A stretch of 64,000 bases of DNA from Bacteroidota bacterium (GTDB lineage: Bacteria > Bacteroidota > Ignavibacteria > SZUA-365), in NCBI GenBank assembly GCA_034002405.1, contig JAVFAS010000004.1:516-64515 (forward strand). Reading direction: 5' to 3'. Positions 29,092 through 38,501 of the stretch are shown in pieces (within the stretch, counting starts at the first letter, position 1; each line of letters starts with the position of its first letter). The notes under the pieces were generated by a model that was given only the letters and a program-made list of their open reading frames with translations, was not told the origin of the DNA and did no database searches. Made by a program: the position numbers and the translations under genes.

Positions 29092-31011
29092 TTAAAGTTT
29101 CTTGTCGGTAATCTCGTTGGTGATCATCACGACGAATTCGTCGAGGGCACGTTGCCCCAGGTCGCCTTCGCGGTGTCGGCGCACCGAGACCGTACGGGAA
29201 TCACGTTCCTTCTCGCCGACGACGAGCATGAAGGGAACCTTGTGTGTCTCCCAGTCCCGGATCTTGTATCCGATTTTCTCGCTGCGGTCGTCGAGTTCGG
29301 TACGCACACCGGCGTCGCGGAGCACGGCGGTCACGTCGCGTGCATACGCGAGGTACTGGTCGCTGATCGGCAGCACGGCTGCCTGCACCGGCGCGAGCCA
29401 GGTCGGGAAGGCACCGGCGAAATGCTCGATGAGCACGCCAATGAATCGCTCCATCGATCCCATGATCGCGCGGTGAATCATCACCGGCCGTTTGCGCTCA
29501 TTGTTCTCGTCGATGTATTCGAGCTCGAAGCGCTCGGGCATCTGGAAATCCAGCTGAATGGTGGCAAGCTGCCACGAACGGCCCAACGCATCGCGCACAC
29601 TGATATCGATTTTCGGTCCGTAAAAGGCACCGTCCCCGGGATTGATCTTGTAGTCGATGCCGTTGGCTTCAAGCGCATCGGCCAGTCCGCGCTCGGCGAT
29701 CTCCCAGAGCGCGGGGTCGCCCATCGCATCCTCGGGACGGGTGCTGAGCCGGTAAAACGGTTCGAAGCCGAACACGCGGTAAAAGCGGTCGACAAGAAGG
29801 AGCAGCGCGGTGATCTCGTCGAGGATCTGGTCGGGACGGACGTAAAGATGCGCGTCGTCCATGTGGAACTGGCGGACGCGAAACATGCCGTTGAGCGCGC
29901 CCGAGAGCTCGTTCCGGTGGTTGGTCCCGATTTCGGAGAATCGGAGCGGAAGATCCCGGTAACTCCGCACCCGGTGACGGTACACGTAGGTCGATTCGGG
30001 ACAGTTCATCGGCTTGAGACTGAAGATCTGATCCTCGCCGTCCTCGACCAGGAACATGTTCTCCTTGTAATGCTGCCAGTGCCCCGACTGCTCCCACAAT
30101 TCCTTCTTCACGAGAATCGGGGTAAGAATTTCATCATACCCCGCGGTGTCGAGCATGCCGCGAATCATGGTCTGCAGTTCCCGGAACAGAATCATCCCGC
30201 GTGGCAACCAGAATGGCGCCCCCGGGGCGATGTCGTGAAACGCGAACAATTCGAGTTCGCGACCGAGCTTGCGATGATCGCGCTTGCGCGCTTCCTCGAG
30301 ACGTTCGAGGTATTCGTCGAGCTCCTTCTTTTTCGGGAAGGTAATGCCGTAGATGCGCTGCATCTGCGGACGCGAGGCGTCGCCGCGCCAATATGACCCC
30401 GAGACGGTCAGCAGCTTGACGTATTTGATTTTCCCGGCCGACGGGAGATGCGGACCACGGCACAAATCCGTGAACGATCCTTCCGCATAGCAACTGATGA
30501 CTTCGTCGTCCGGAAATTCGGAGATCAGTTCCAGCTTGTACTGGTCACCCTTGGCGCCCCAGAAGTCAAGCGCCTCCTGGCGGGAGAGCACCCGGCGCTC
30601 GAAGGGCATATCCTGCTTCGCGAGTTCGAGCATGGTCTGCTCAATGCGCACGAGGTCCTCGGGCGTGAGCTGATGCGGGATGTCGATGTCGTAGTAGAAC
30701 CCTTCCTCGATGGCGGGACCGACGCCAAATTTCGCGCCGGGATACAGCGTCTCCACCGCGTGCGCCATGAGGTGGCTCGAACTGTGCCAGTAGACTTCCC
30801 TCCCCTCGTCATCGGACCAGGTCAGGATCTTGAGCGTCACATCGCTGTCGATCGGACGGTGCAGGTCCATGATCGTCCCGTTCACGAGCACGCCCAGTGC
30901 CTCGCGCGCGAGACCCGGGGAAATGCTTTCCGCGATCCGCATGCCCGTCGTGCCGCGCGGGTATTCTCGCTGGTCGCCGTTCGGGAAAGTGATGGTGATG
31001 ACGTCTGACAT
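29092..31011 (-). CDS. thrS: Threonine--tRNA ligase
   Basis: MSDVITITFPNGDQREY... with TGS, editing, class II core and anticodon-binding domains; the ORF-track N-terminal extension to 31113 runs across the tRNA-Val gene and is rejected. Confidence 0.95.
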   Translation of the reverse strand: MSDVITITFPNGDQREYPRGTTGMRIAESISPGLAREALGVLVNGTIMDLHRPIDSDVTLKILTWSDDEGREVYWHSSSHLMAHAVETLYPGAKFGVGPAIEEGFYYDIDIPHQLTPEDLVRIEQTMLELAKQDMPFERRVLSRQEALDFWGAKGDQYKLELISEFPDDEVISCYAEGSFTDLCRGPHLPSAGKIKYVKLLTVSGSYWRGDASRPQMQRIYGITFPKKKELDEYLERLEEARKRDHRKLGRELELFAFHDIAPGAPFWLPRGMILFRELQTMIRGMLDTAGYDEILTPILVKKELWEQSGHWQHYKENMFLVEDGEDQIFSLKPMNCPESTYVYRHRVRSYRDLPLRFSEIGTNHRNELSGALNGMFRVRQFHMDDAHLYVRPDQILDEITALLLLVDRFYRVFGFEPFYRLSTRPEDAMGDPALWEIAERGLADALEANGIDYKINPGDGAFYGPKIDISVRDALGRSWQLATIQLDFQMPERFELEYIDENNERKRPVMIHRAIMGSMERFIGVLIEHFAGAFPTWLAPVQAAVLPISDQYLAYARDVTAVLRDAGVRTELDDRSEKIGYKIRDWETHKVPFMLVVGEKERDSRTVSVRRHREGDLGQRALDEFVVMITNEITDKKL

Positions 31012-31039
31012 CGTTCTGTCCGTGCGCTGTGTATTAATG

Positions 31040-31068
31040 AAAAAATCGGATGCGCTCCGATTTTTTCG
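31040..31068 (-). terminator. Intrinsic terminator, palindromic and T-flanked on both strands, downstream of tRNA-Val
   Basis: aaaaaatcgga-tgcgc-tccgatttttt: 7 bp stem, 5 nt loop, with a T-run on the - strand. Confidence 0.5.
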
Positions 31069-31076
31069 AGAAGGTG

Positions 31077-31150
<74 letters not shown>

Positions 31151-31159
31151 GACGAAGGT

Positions 31160-31190
31160 CTACAAATATAGGCAGGGACTGGAGATAAAG
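31160..31190 (-). promoter_or_regulatory. Bacteroidetes-type promoter for tRNA-Val (-33 TTG, -7 TAnnTTTG)
   Basis: The - strand reads cTTGctttatctccagtccctgccTAtaTTTGtagacc: a 20 nt spacer between the TTG and the -7 box, which ends 9 nt upstream of the tRNA 5-prime end. Confidence 0.4.
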
Positions 31191-31316
31191 CAAGCGGGCT
31201 TAAAGAAAAATGTGAGAAAAATGACCGGAACGTTTCCCGTGTCGCATCATACACGGGAGCCATTCGCGCGGAGAGCACGGAACGCGCGCATCGACGCCGG
31301 ACGCCACGCTCCTCGG

Positions 31317-32042
31317 TCAGCCCCCTCGAACCAGCCGCACCATGTCGGTCACGGCCCGGTCGAGACCAACGAACATCGCGCGCGCGACGAGGGCGTGCCC
31401 GATGGAGACTTCCTCGATTTCCGGAATCGCTGTGATATATCGGACATTCCCGTAATGTATCCCGTGTCCGGCATTCACGCCAAGCCCGAGTGTGCGCGCA
31501 TAGGCGGCGGCGGTGCGGATGCGCGCGAGCTGTTCGCGCATTTCCTCCTCGCTGCGGGAGTTGGCGAACTCGCCGGTATGGATTTCGATGATGTCGGCGC
31601 CGGCCTCGGCCGCGGCTTCGATCTGTTCGTCGATGGGATCGACGAAGAGGCTGACCTCGATGTCATTTTCATGCAGCACACGCACGGCCTGGGCGACTTT
31701 TTCCGCTTCGCGGAGCACATCGAGCCCCGACTCGGTGGTCAACTCCTTCCGCTTCTCCGGGACGAGCGTGGCGAGATCGGGCAGGGTATCGATGGCGATC
31801 TGGAGTATTTCATCCGTAATGGCCATTTCGAGATCGAGCTTGGTCTTGACCGTGTCGCGCAGGAGGCGCAGATCACGATCGTTGATATGCCGCCGGTCCT
31901 CGCGTAGATGACAGACGATACCGTCCGCTCCATACAACTCACAGAGCTGCGCGGCGGTGACGGGGTCTGGTTCGAGTCCGCCCCGCGCTTCACGCAGGGT
32001 CGCGAAATGATCGATGTTAATGCAGAGTCTCATGGTATCCAT
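31317..32042 (-). CDS. pdxJ: Pyridoxine 5-prime-phosphate synthase
   Basis: MDTMRLCINIDHFATLREARGG.EPDPV...; 241 aa. Confidence 0.9.
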   Translation of the reverse strand: MDTMRLCINIDHFATLREARGGLEPDPVTAAQLCELYGADGIVCHLREDRRHINDRDLRLLRDTVKTKLDLEMAITDEILQIAIDTLPDLATLVPEKRKELTTESGLDVLREAEKVAQAVRVLHENDIEVSLFVDPIDEQIEAAAEAGADIIEIHTGEFANSRSEEEMREQLARIRTAAAYARTLGLGVNAGHGIHYGNVRYITAIPEIEEVSIGHALVARAMFVGLDRAVTDMVRLVRGG

Positions 32043-32075
32043 CCGGATGCAGGTTCGTGTATCGATGAAATATAC

Positions 32076-32894
32076 TCAGCCGAAGAGTACGGAGAAAACG
32101 TCACGCAAAGCCTGCACACCCACCCCCGTCACACCGCCCCGATAGCGCAGGGTTGAGAGCAGATCGATAGTCAGCATGACGGACCAGTGGATCAGGACGG
32201 CGTACCAGAACGAACGCGTGCGGACCGAGAGGGCGCCCAGGGCGATGGCCGCGGCAACCGCGCCCACGGTTTCCGGGACGGGTTTGCCGTAGTGGAGAAT
32301 CACGAACGGAATCATCTGGGAAAACACCGCGATGGCCGCACCGGTATGGCGGAGCAGTCCGAATACCATGTATCCGCGCCAGATGAATTCCCAGCCGATG
32401 AAATACAGGATGAATGCCGCCTCGTACACAAGAAACAGCGTCCAGTCTCCGCGAACGATATGGGAATGAGGATACACCGACTGGAAGGCGGTGCTGGCGC
32501 TGGCGAACCAGAGAATCGGCAGCATGATGAGATAGAAGATCAGCGAGATACGCAGTCCGAAGCGCCAGTCCCCCGCCCCAAGCCCGAATTCCTGCAGCGG
32601 ACGGCGGTGCAACAGCACGACCACCGCGAGCAGGAGAACGAAATAGATGATGAATTCGCTGGCAAACCAGTAGAGGTACTGGTACACATCATACAACGGA
32701 TCGCCGCCAAGCGTCGCGTACCAGGTGTCGTAGAAAAATCGCTTGCTGCCGAAATGATACGAGAGAATGCCCACCGTGGCAACGGCGAGAAACACGATCG
32801 TCACATCACGCGGGGTGCGGCGTGCCTCGGCGAGAAATGCGCGGAGCGCGTGTCGGATGGACCCCTCCTCGGCCTGGTCGCTCCGGGTTGGCAT
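32076..32894 (-). CDS. CPBP-family intramembrane metalloprotease (CAAX-protease-like)
   Basis: Multi-pass membrane protein with the motifs GWEFIWRG (EExxxR-like), FVILH and LIHWSVM (HxxxN/D-like). Confidence 0.65.
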   Translation of the reverse strand: MPTRSDQAEEGSIRHALRAFLAEARRTPRDVTIVFLAVATVGILSYHFGSKRFFYDTWYATLGGDPLYDVYQYLYWFASEFIIYFVLLLAVVVLLHRRPLQEFGLGAGDWRFGLRISLIFYLIMLPILWFASASTAFQSVYPHSHIVRGDWTLFLVYEAAFILYFIGWEFIWRGYMVFGLLRHTGAAIAVFSQMIPFVILHYGKPVPETVGAVAAAIALGALSVRTRSFWYAVLIHWSVMLTIDLLSTLRYRGGVTGVGVQALRDVFSVLFG

Positions 32895-32897
32895 CGA

Positions 32898-33848
32898 TCA
32901 GAATGATGTGCTCAGGGAGAAACGGTGCAGCGCGCCGATTTCTCCGAGGGAATTGTAGGCGTAATCGAGTATGTACGTGGAAATTTTCAGACCGAACCCT
33001 CCGGAAAATCCAGCGAGCTTCGCGGTGTTGCCGATCTTCAGTTCGCGTCGCAGTTCGTTGTGATATCCCACCCGTGCCTTCAATGCGTCGCTGAGATCGA
33101 ACTCTCCGCCGAGGGAAAAATTCTTGAAGCGGTCGAAAAACGATTCTTGCGACTCGTTGAGCTTGTGGAGATTGAACAGGAGATGAAGCGGCAGATGCTC
33201 GAGCTGCTTTCCGATGCCGATACGCACGTCCAGCGGCAGCGATTCGTCCACCCCGGCGAAGGTACTCAACTGCGTTCCGAGATTCGTGACGGCGCCGGCG
33301 AGTACCAGCTGTTCGTCCGGGAAATGATACGCGATGCCGAGATCCAGGCCCGCGGCGCTCGAGCTGTATTCTTCATAGGCGGCGTGGATGAATTTCACCG
33401 TCGCGCCATAATGCAGATCGCCGGACTTCCGGCCATAGCCAAAATTCACGGCCAGTTCCCCGGCACCGAATTCCCGTCCCGTGCGATCGCCAAAACGATC
33501 GGTCTCTTCGAACGACCCGTAATTCAGATACACGACGCCCACCCCCGCGTAGCCGATTCCCTCGAATTCTTGTCCGAATACGGCATACCCGGCGTTCACG
33601 TCAAGCAGATGCTTGAAAAACCCAACCGATCCCGAGGGGGCCTCGAGGGTGCTGAGGGAGGCGGGATTGACGAACATGGTGCTCACGTCATTGCGGAGTG
33701 TCACCGTGGTATTGCCCAGGGCTGCCGCCCGCGCGTTCATCGGGATGCGCAGGAAATCGAAGGCCGTGATATCCTGTGCGTGACCTTGCGAGAGCGGCAC
33801 GAACGAGAGCAGACCGAGGATCAGAAAGAAACGGAACCGATGCGGCAT
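32898..33848 (-). CDS. Outer-membrane beta-barrel protein (PorQ/PorV/FadL-like, putative)
   Basis: Signal peptide (ILGLLSFVPLSQGHAQ); N-terminal NARAAALGN motif; alternating amphipathic strands with Gly/aromatic; ends in ...SLSTSF (C-terminal Phe); 316 aa. Confidence 0.5.
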   Translation of the reverse strand: MPHRFRFFLILGLLSFVPLSQGHAQDITAFDFLRIPMNARAAALGNTTVTLRNDVSTMFVNPASLSTLEAPSGSVGFFKHLLDVNAGYAVFGQEFEGIGYAGVGVVYLNYGSFEETDRFGDRTGREFGAGELAVNFGYGRKSGDLHYGATVKFIHAAYEEYSSSAAGLDLGIAYHFPDEQLVLAGAVTNLGTQLSTFAGVDESLPLDVRIGIGKQLEHLPLHLLFNLHKLNESQESFFDRFKNFSLGGEFDLSDALKARVGYHNELRRELKIGNTAKLAGFSGGFGLKISTYILDYAYNSLGEIGALHRFSLSTSF

Positions 33849-33899
33849 GAAGCGATCGCCTTCAATGATATGGAAACTGAAATGTAGTGCACGGCGAGG

Positions 33900-34853
33900 T
33901 CAATGCGCAAGGCGCAAATTCATCATGCGCGCGTGCGCGGTGTCGAATTCGTGCAGCAGGTCGCCGACCACCTGTGCGGCGGATACGACCCCGCGCACCA
34001 GCGCGATACTCTGCCCCGCCTCGAATTCACCCTCGTCGACATTGCCTTCGAACATGCCCACCATCTCTCGCTTCCTTCCGAGCAAGTCCAGCAGCTCGTC
34101 GCGATCCGCCCCCCGTTGTTCCGCCTCCACGGCGCGTTCGGCGAAGGGCGTGCGGATGAGGCGCACGGGCGCGATTTTCTTCATTGTGAGTACGGTGTCA
34201 CCATCGCCGCGCTCGACGACCAGTTGTTTGAACCGCGGATGGGCGGAGGATTCCTCGGTCGCCACGAACCGGGTGCCGATCTGCACCCCTTCGGCTCCGA
34301 GCGCGAACGCGGCCAACATCTGACGGCCGTCGGCAATCCCCCCCGCCGCGATCACGGGGATGGAAACGGCGTCGGCCACCAGCGGAAGAAGCGACAGCGT
34401 GGTCGTTTCCTCGAAACCGTTGTGGCCGCCCGCTTCGAACCCTTCCGCCACGACGGCGTCGCAGCCAACCTGCTCCACCTTCCGCGCGTGTTTGAGCGAG
34501 GGGACGACATGCGCGACAACACAGCCCGCATCCTTCAACAACGAAAGATGTTTTCCCGGGTGCCCGGCGGAGGTAAACACGATCCGGATCCCCTCGTCAA
34601 TCGTTGTCTGGATCAGCTCCGCCGCATCGCCGCGAAGAAGCGGAATGTTCACTCCGAGCGGACGTTGTGTCGCGGCGTGAGCCTTGCGGATGTGTTCGGT
34701 GAGCAGCGCGGGTTTCATCGACCCCGCGCCGATCAATCCCAGACCACCCGCATCGGACACCGCGGCGGCCAGCCTCCAGCCCGACACCCAGACCATGCCG
34801 GCCTGGATGATCGGGAACTGGATGCCAAACAGATCGGTGATGCGTGAATGCAT
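33900..34853 (-). CDS. Nitronate monooxygenase-family flavoprotein, FabK-like enoyl-ACP reductase II (putative)
   Basis: TIM-barrel pattern for flavin mononucleotide binding (IIQAGMVWVSGWRLAAAVSDAGGLGLIGAGS; VIAAGGIADGRQMLAAFALGAEGVQIGTRF); start placed at the Met at 34853. Confidence 0.75.
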   Translation of the reverse strand: MHSRITDLFGIQFPIIQAGMVWVSGWRLAAAVSDAGGLGLIGAGSMKPALLTEHIRKAHAATQRPLGVNIPLLRGDAAELIQTTIDEGIRIVFTSAGHPGKHLSLLKDAGCVVAHVVPSLKHARKVEQVGCDAVVAEGFEAGGHNGFEETTTLSLLPLVADAVSIPVIAAGGIADGRQMLAAFALGAEGVQIGTRFVATEESSAHPRFKQLVVERGDGDTVLTMKKIAPVRLIRTPFAERAVEAEQRGADRDELLDLLGRKREMVGMFEGNVDEGEFEAGQSIALVRGVVSAAQVVGDLLHEFDTAHARMMNLRLAH

Positions 34854-34863
34854 ACGAGTCGGC

Positions 34864-36348
34864 TCAATACTCGAATTGGATGATATTGAGGCCGGAAATG
34901 CTGCTACCACTCGGGGCACCGGAACGGTAATTGAACACGCCGAGTGTGCGACCGTTCAGCGTGAGCTGCGTCTGGTAATTCGTCGTGGTGACGTCGAAGT
35001 AACAGTCGAAGGAGTTCATCCCCCAAAGATTCAATCCCGGGGCGGCGATCGGACCCGTCCCATCCGTGGTATTCGTGTCGTAATCCAACAGCGAAAGGAA
35101 CCATGTGTTGCCGTTGGGCGCCGAGCCACCGGGTACCGGCGCGTTGCCGGGGGTGAGCACGCTCGCCTCGCCAATCGGTTCGTAGGCCGGATTGTAACGC
35201 TTGAGCGTCAATTCGTCACGGCCGCTGATCATGGTCCGATTCTGCGAGATGACGAGCATCACGGCGTGGTTCCCCGTGCGCAGCGCCGCCGAGTAGGCGC
35301 GGAGCAAGTCACTGCCCGCGGGTGAACGCGGAATCATGCGAAGACGCTCGGTGTGGGAATTCGCACGCCAGGGCTGGCGGTACACATGCATGTCGAAATG
35401 TGACTGCGACCCGCTGCGGACCCAGAGCTCCAGATGCTGTTCCGGTCCGACGACGTCGCTGTAGCTGATCTCGCCGTTCGCGTCGCTGGTCAGGACCGTC
35501 GAGCTTGCCTGGCGCTGGATTTCGCCATTGGCGAGCGTCCGGATTTTCACGGGAACGACCGTGACACCGGCGACCGGCGTGTTGTCAAGGAAATCGATGA
35601 GCCGGGCCTTGATTTCGTAGGTCATGCCGATTCTGGAATTCGGCATGTTTTTCTCCGCTGGAGAGGTTCCGGTGAGAAACGTGTGCATCGCCTCGAACGG
35701 GCCCTCGGCCGAGAGCAGTTCGAGATTGTCGTGTCCGGCGAACACCGCGTCGGTCGCGCCGGCGAGTTTGCCGTATTCCGCATTCCCGTGCTGCGCCGCA
35801 TCCGTGCCGTCGCTGCGGATGCTCAGGTACTTGCAGGGCCCGGGCGTGATGTCGCCCGCGATCGTCAACCCGAGATCGAACGTGCCTCCGGCGAAAATCA
35901 CGTGCGCGGCCTTGGCCGTGCCACCCATGTTCACCAGCCAGTGCTGGACAGCGGAAGCGCCGCTGCCGTGCGCGATGATGTCGACGCGTGTGTCCGCCGA
36001 CCCCGTCAGCACCGCGTTGACCTTCGTCTGCAGTTGCGCGGCCATCTTCGCGACATCGCTATCCGTACCGGTGAAGTATTCCTGCAGATCGAACGCCACC
36101 AGCTGGGCTTCGGTGTAGCCGTTGAGTGCGAACCGCTGGATGAGCTGCGTGAATACATCGGCCGCTTCGTGTGTGCCGTGGACGAACACGATCGTCCGCA
36201 CCTTGTCATCGATGGTCACGGTGTTGGTGTCCGTGGGATCAGGGTTTGTTGGCGTCCCGTCATCGTCGGAACAGCCGCCGAAGGAAAGCAAGGCCGCCGC
36301 GAAGACAAACCCGAACAGCGAAAGCGAATACCGGAAAAACCTCTCCAT
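34864..36348 (-). CDS. Secreted lipoprotein with an alpha/beta-hydrolase (lipase/esterase) N-terminal domain
   Basis: Lipobox LSFGGC; Pro/Thr/Asp linker; serine-hydrolase pentapeptide AHGSG in VDIIAHGSGASAV; C-terminal roughly 250 aa of unknown function. Confidence 0.55.
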   Translation of the reverse strand: MERFFRYSLSLFGFVFAAALLSFGGCSDDDGTPTNPDPTDTNTVTIDDKVRTIVFVHGTHEAADVFTQLIQRFALNGYTEAQLVAFDLQEYFTGTDSDVAKMAAQLQTKVNAVLTGSADTRVDIIAHGSGASAVQHWLVNMGGTAKAAHVIFAGGTFDLGLTIAGDITPGPCKYLSIRSDGTDAAQHGNAEYGKLAGATDAVFAGHDNLELLSAEGPFEAMHTFLTGTSPAEKNMPNSRIGMTYEIKARLIDFLDNTPVAGVTVVPVKIRTLANGEIQRQASSTVLTSDANGEISYSDVVGPEQHLELWVRSGSQSHFDMHVYRQPWRANSHTERLRMIPRSPAGSDLLRAYSAALRTGNHAVMLVISQNRTMISGRDELTLKRYNPAYEPIGEASVLTPGNAPVPGGSAPNGNTWFLSLLDYDTNTTDGTGPIAAPGLNLWGMNSFDCYFDVTTTNYQTQLTLNGRTLGVFNYRSGAPSGSSISGLNIIQFEY

Positions 36349-36373
36349 GAAAACCTCCACGATCAAGAATACA

Positions 36374-36757
36374 TTACGTGTCCGTGTCCTGTATCACCAC
36401 CATCGCGGCGACGTAGGCGCCGCTGTGCGAAAGCGAAAGATGAATGTTCCACCTGCTGCATTGCCGGGCGAGACCGTTGTGCAGGACGAACGCGGGCTTG
36501 CCCGCCTCGTCGTTGCGCACCTCGACGTCGGTCCAGCGAAACGCGCCGGTCCAGCCCGTCCCGATGGCCTTGGAAAAGGCCTCCTTCGCGGCGAAACGCG
36601 CGGCGAAGTGCTGGGCGGGACGAATCTTGGCATTGCAGTATCGGATCTCGGGTTCGCTGAAAATGCGATGCTCGAACCGTCGTCCCCACTGCCCCAGGAG
36701 ACCCTCGAAACGCGCGATCTCCTCGATGTCGACACCGATTCCGACAATGCCGTTCAC
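36374..36757 (-). CDS. acpS: Holo-[acyl-carrier-protein] synthase
   Basis: GIGVDIEEIARFEG... with FAAKEAFSKAIGTG; 127 aa. Confidence 0.85.
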   Translation of the reverse strand: MNGIVGIGVDIEEIARFEGLLGQWGRRFEHRIFSEPEIRYCNAKIRPAQHFAARFAAKEAFSKAIGTGWTGAFRWTDVEVRNDEAGKPAFVLHNGLARQCSRWNIHLSLSHSGAYVAAMVVIQDTDT

Positions 36758-37443
36758 GATGCGTCCTCGCGTAATGCGCGGATGATGCCGATCAAGTCGC
36801 CAATATCCATCAGATCGTAATCCGCCGAGGATTGTCCGGTGTTGAATGTGTCACCGTACCGTGCGAAGGCGGTGCGCATGCCGATATTGCGTGCACCGAG
36901 AATGTCACGTTCCTCCCAATCTCCCACCATGATGGCCTGGTCGGGTTGCACCTGCATCAATGAAAGGACCCGCTGGAACGGTGTGGGACTGGGTTTGCGC
37001 TCGCCGGTATCCTCGAAGGTCACGACGGCATCGAAGATGTGGTGCAGATTGAGCGAGCAAAGGCGCAGCCATGCCTCGAGTTTCGGGGCATCGGAAACGA
37101 CACCGAGTTTGAGACCCATGCGCGCGAGGGTGAAGAGCGTCATGTGCACATGCGGATAGGGCACGAGCGTCGCTTCGCGCGCCTTCCGGTACCCGACGAT
37201 TCCCGCGGCGAGGACCTTGTGATCGACGTCGTTGGTGAGTTCCTCGAGCACACGGTTGAAAACGCGCTGATACTCGATCCCCTCCTCCTTGTAAATGCGA
37301 CTCACCATCTCGTCGATTTCGCGAAATGACACCTGCAGTCCCGCATCGATCATTGCGCGAATGCCCGCATCGACGGCGTTGCGTTTCATGAGCATGAAAT
37401 CGACAAGGGTGTTGTCGAGGTCGAAGACGACGGCATCAATCAT
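36754..37443 (-). CDS. HAD-family hydrolase
   Basis: Motif I VVFDLDNTL (DxD); motif III region AIMVGDWEERD; start set at 37443, because the ORF-track ORF 36754..38139 is fused with out-of-frame upstream sequence. Confidence 0.8.
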   Translation of the reverse strand: MIDAVVFDLDNTLVDFMLMKRNAVDAGIRAMIDAGLQVSFREIDEMVSRIYKEEGIEYQRVFNRVLEELTNDVDHKVLAAGIVGYRKAREATLVPYPHVHMTLFTLARMGLKLGVVSDAPKLEAWLRLCSLNLHHIFDAVVTFEDTGERKPSPTPFQRVLSLMQVQPDQAIMVGDWEERDILGARNIGMRTAFARYGDTFNTGQSSADYDLMDIGDLIGIIRALREDAS

Positions 37444-38227
37444 GATGATCCCACTCCGAGACAAGAGAAAGTCCATCATACGAAAATTCCATGTCATCCG
37501 GAAGTAGCGCGGAGTCTCGTGCGTGCATGATAGTGTGCGCGATATGCGTGAAATACGTGCGTCGCGCCCCGATGCCGCGGGCGACGTCGATCGCTTCCGT
37601 GAGACTGAAATGTGTGGGATGCGCGCGATGCCGGAGCGCATCGAGCACGAGCACGTCGAGTCCCGCGAGCAGGGACATTGACGTCTCGGGTATCCCGTTG
37701 GTATCGGTGAGATACGCGACATTTCCGACGCGGTAACCAAGGATGGGAAGCATGCCGTGGCGGACCGGAATGGGAGTGATCTCGACGCCGGCCACGCGAA
37801 AGGGCTGCCCCTCCACAACAGGATTGAGCACCGCGCTGGGTACGCCGCCTCCTTCCTGTTGTCCGGCGCTGAACGCATAGCGGAAGGTCTGCCGGATCTC
37901 CTCGAGTGTCTCGGCGCGGCCATAACAGGGCATCGAGGATTGTTGCAGGTAATTGAACTGCCGCACATCATCGAAGCCGCCGATATGATCGAAGTGATGA
38001 TGGGTATACAGCACGGCATCGATCCGCGTGATGCCATGACGGAGCATCTGCTGCCGGAAATCCGATGAGGTGTCGATGAGCAGCGACACGGCGCCGACGG
38101 TAAACAGCGCGGACGGCCGCAGTCTCGTATCGCGCGCATCGGTGGAGCGGCAGGTGTCGCAATCGCAGCCGATCGCGGGCACGCCCTGCGACGTCCCGGT
38201 TCCCAACAGACGCAGCGACACCGTCAT
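37436..38227 (-). CDS. MBL-fold metallo-hydrolase (PhnP-like)
   Basis: YTHHHFDHIGG (HxHxDH); Cys-rich N-terminus GCDCDTC; 263 aa. Confidence 0.8.
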   Translation of the reverse strand: MTVSLRLLGTGTSQGVPAIGCDCDTCRSTDARDTRLRPSALFTVGAVSLLIDTSSDFRQQMLRHGITRIDAVLYTHHHFDHIGGFDDVRQFNYLQQSSMPCYGRAETLEEIRQTFRYAFSAGQQEGGGVPSAVLNPVVEGQPFRVAGVEITPIPVRHGMLPILGYRVGNVAYLTDTNGIPETSMSLLAGLDVLVLDALRHRAHPTHFSLTEAIDVARGIGARRTYFTHIAHTIMHARDSALLPDDMEFSYDGLSLVSEWDHHD

Positions 38228-38499
38228 CCCGTCTCGCCCCTGTCCCGTTCCCTGTCGATCACGTCACGCACGGCCGGTTTGACGAAGATGGCGTCCACGC
38301 CCAACTCGCCCAGCGCCCGCGCGACGGTGGCGATCTTTCGCTCGACCGTGAAGCGCTTGTTCACGACCAACAGCCGCTGCTCCTTGAGAATGCAATGTCC
38401 TCCATCGAAATCACCCTTCTCGTAGCGGATCGAATATCCCAGCTGTTCGCACGTCTCGCGCAACTCTTCGAGCAACGCTTCCTTCTCCATGCCGGCCAT
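38224..38499 (-). CDS. Small hypothetical protein
   Basis: Only the C-terminal roughly 91 aa of the ORF-track ORF 38224..39024 looks protein-like (MAGMEKEALLEELRETCEQLGYSIRYEKGDFDGGHCILKEQRLLVVNKRF...); it starts just after the stop of the upstream membrane protein. Confidence 0.35.
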   Translation of the reverse strand: MAGMEKEALLEELRETCEQLGYSIRYEKGDFDGGHCILKEQRLLVVNKRFTVERKIATVARALGELGVDAIFVKPAVRDVIDRERDRGETG

Positions 38500-38501
38500 G
38501 A

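Noticed and set aside
36754-38139. 461 aa ORF
   Set aside because: It fuses the real HAD hydrolase (36754..37443) with out-of-frame junk translated through the MBL-hydrolase gene. The real MBL gene is 37436..38227 in another frame.
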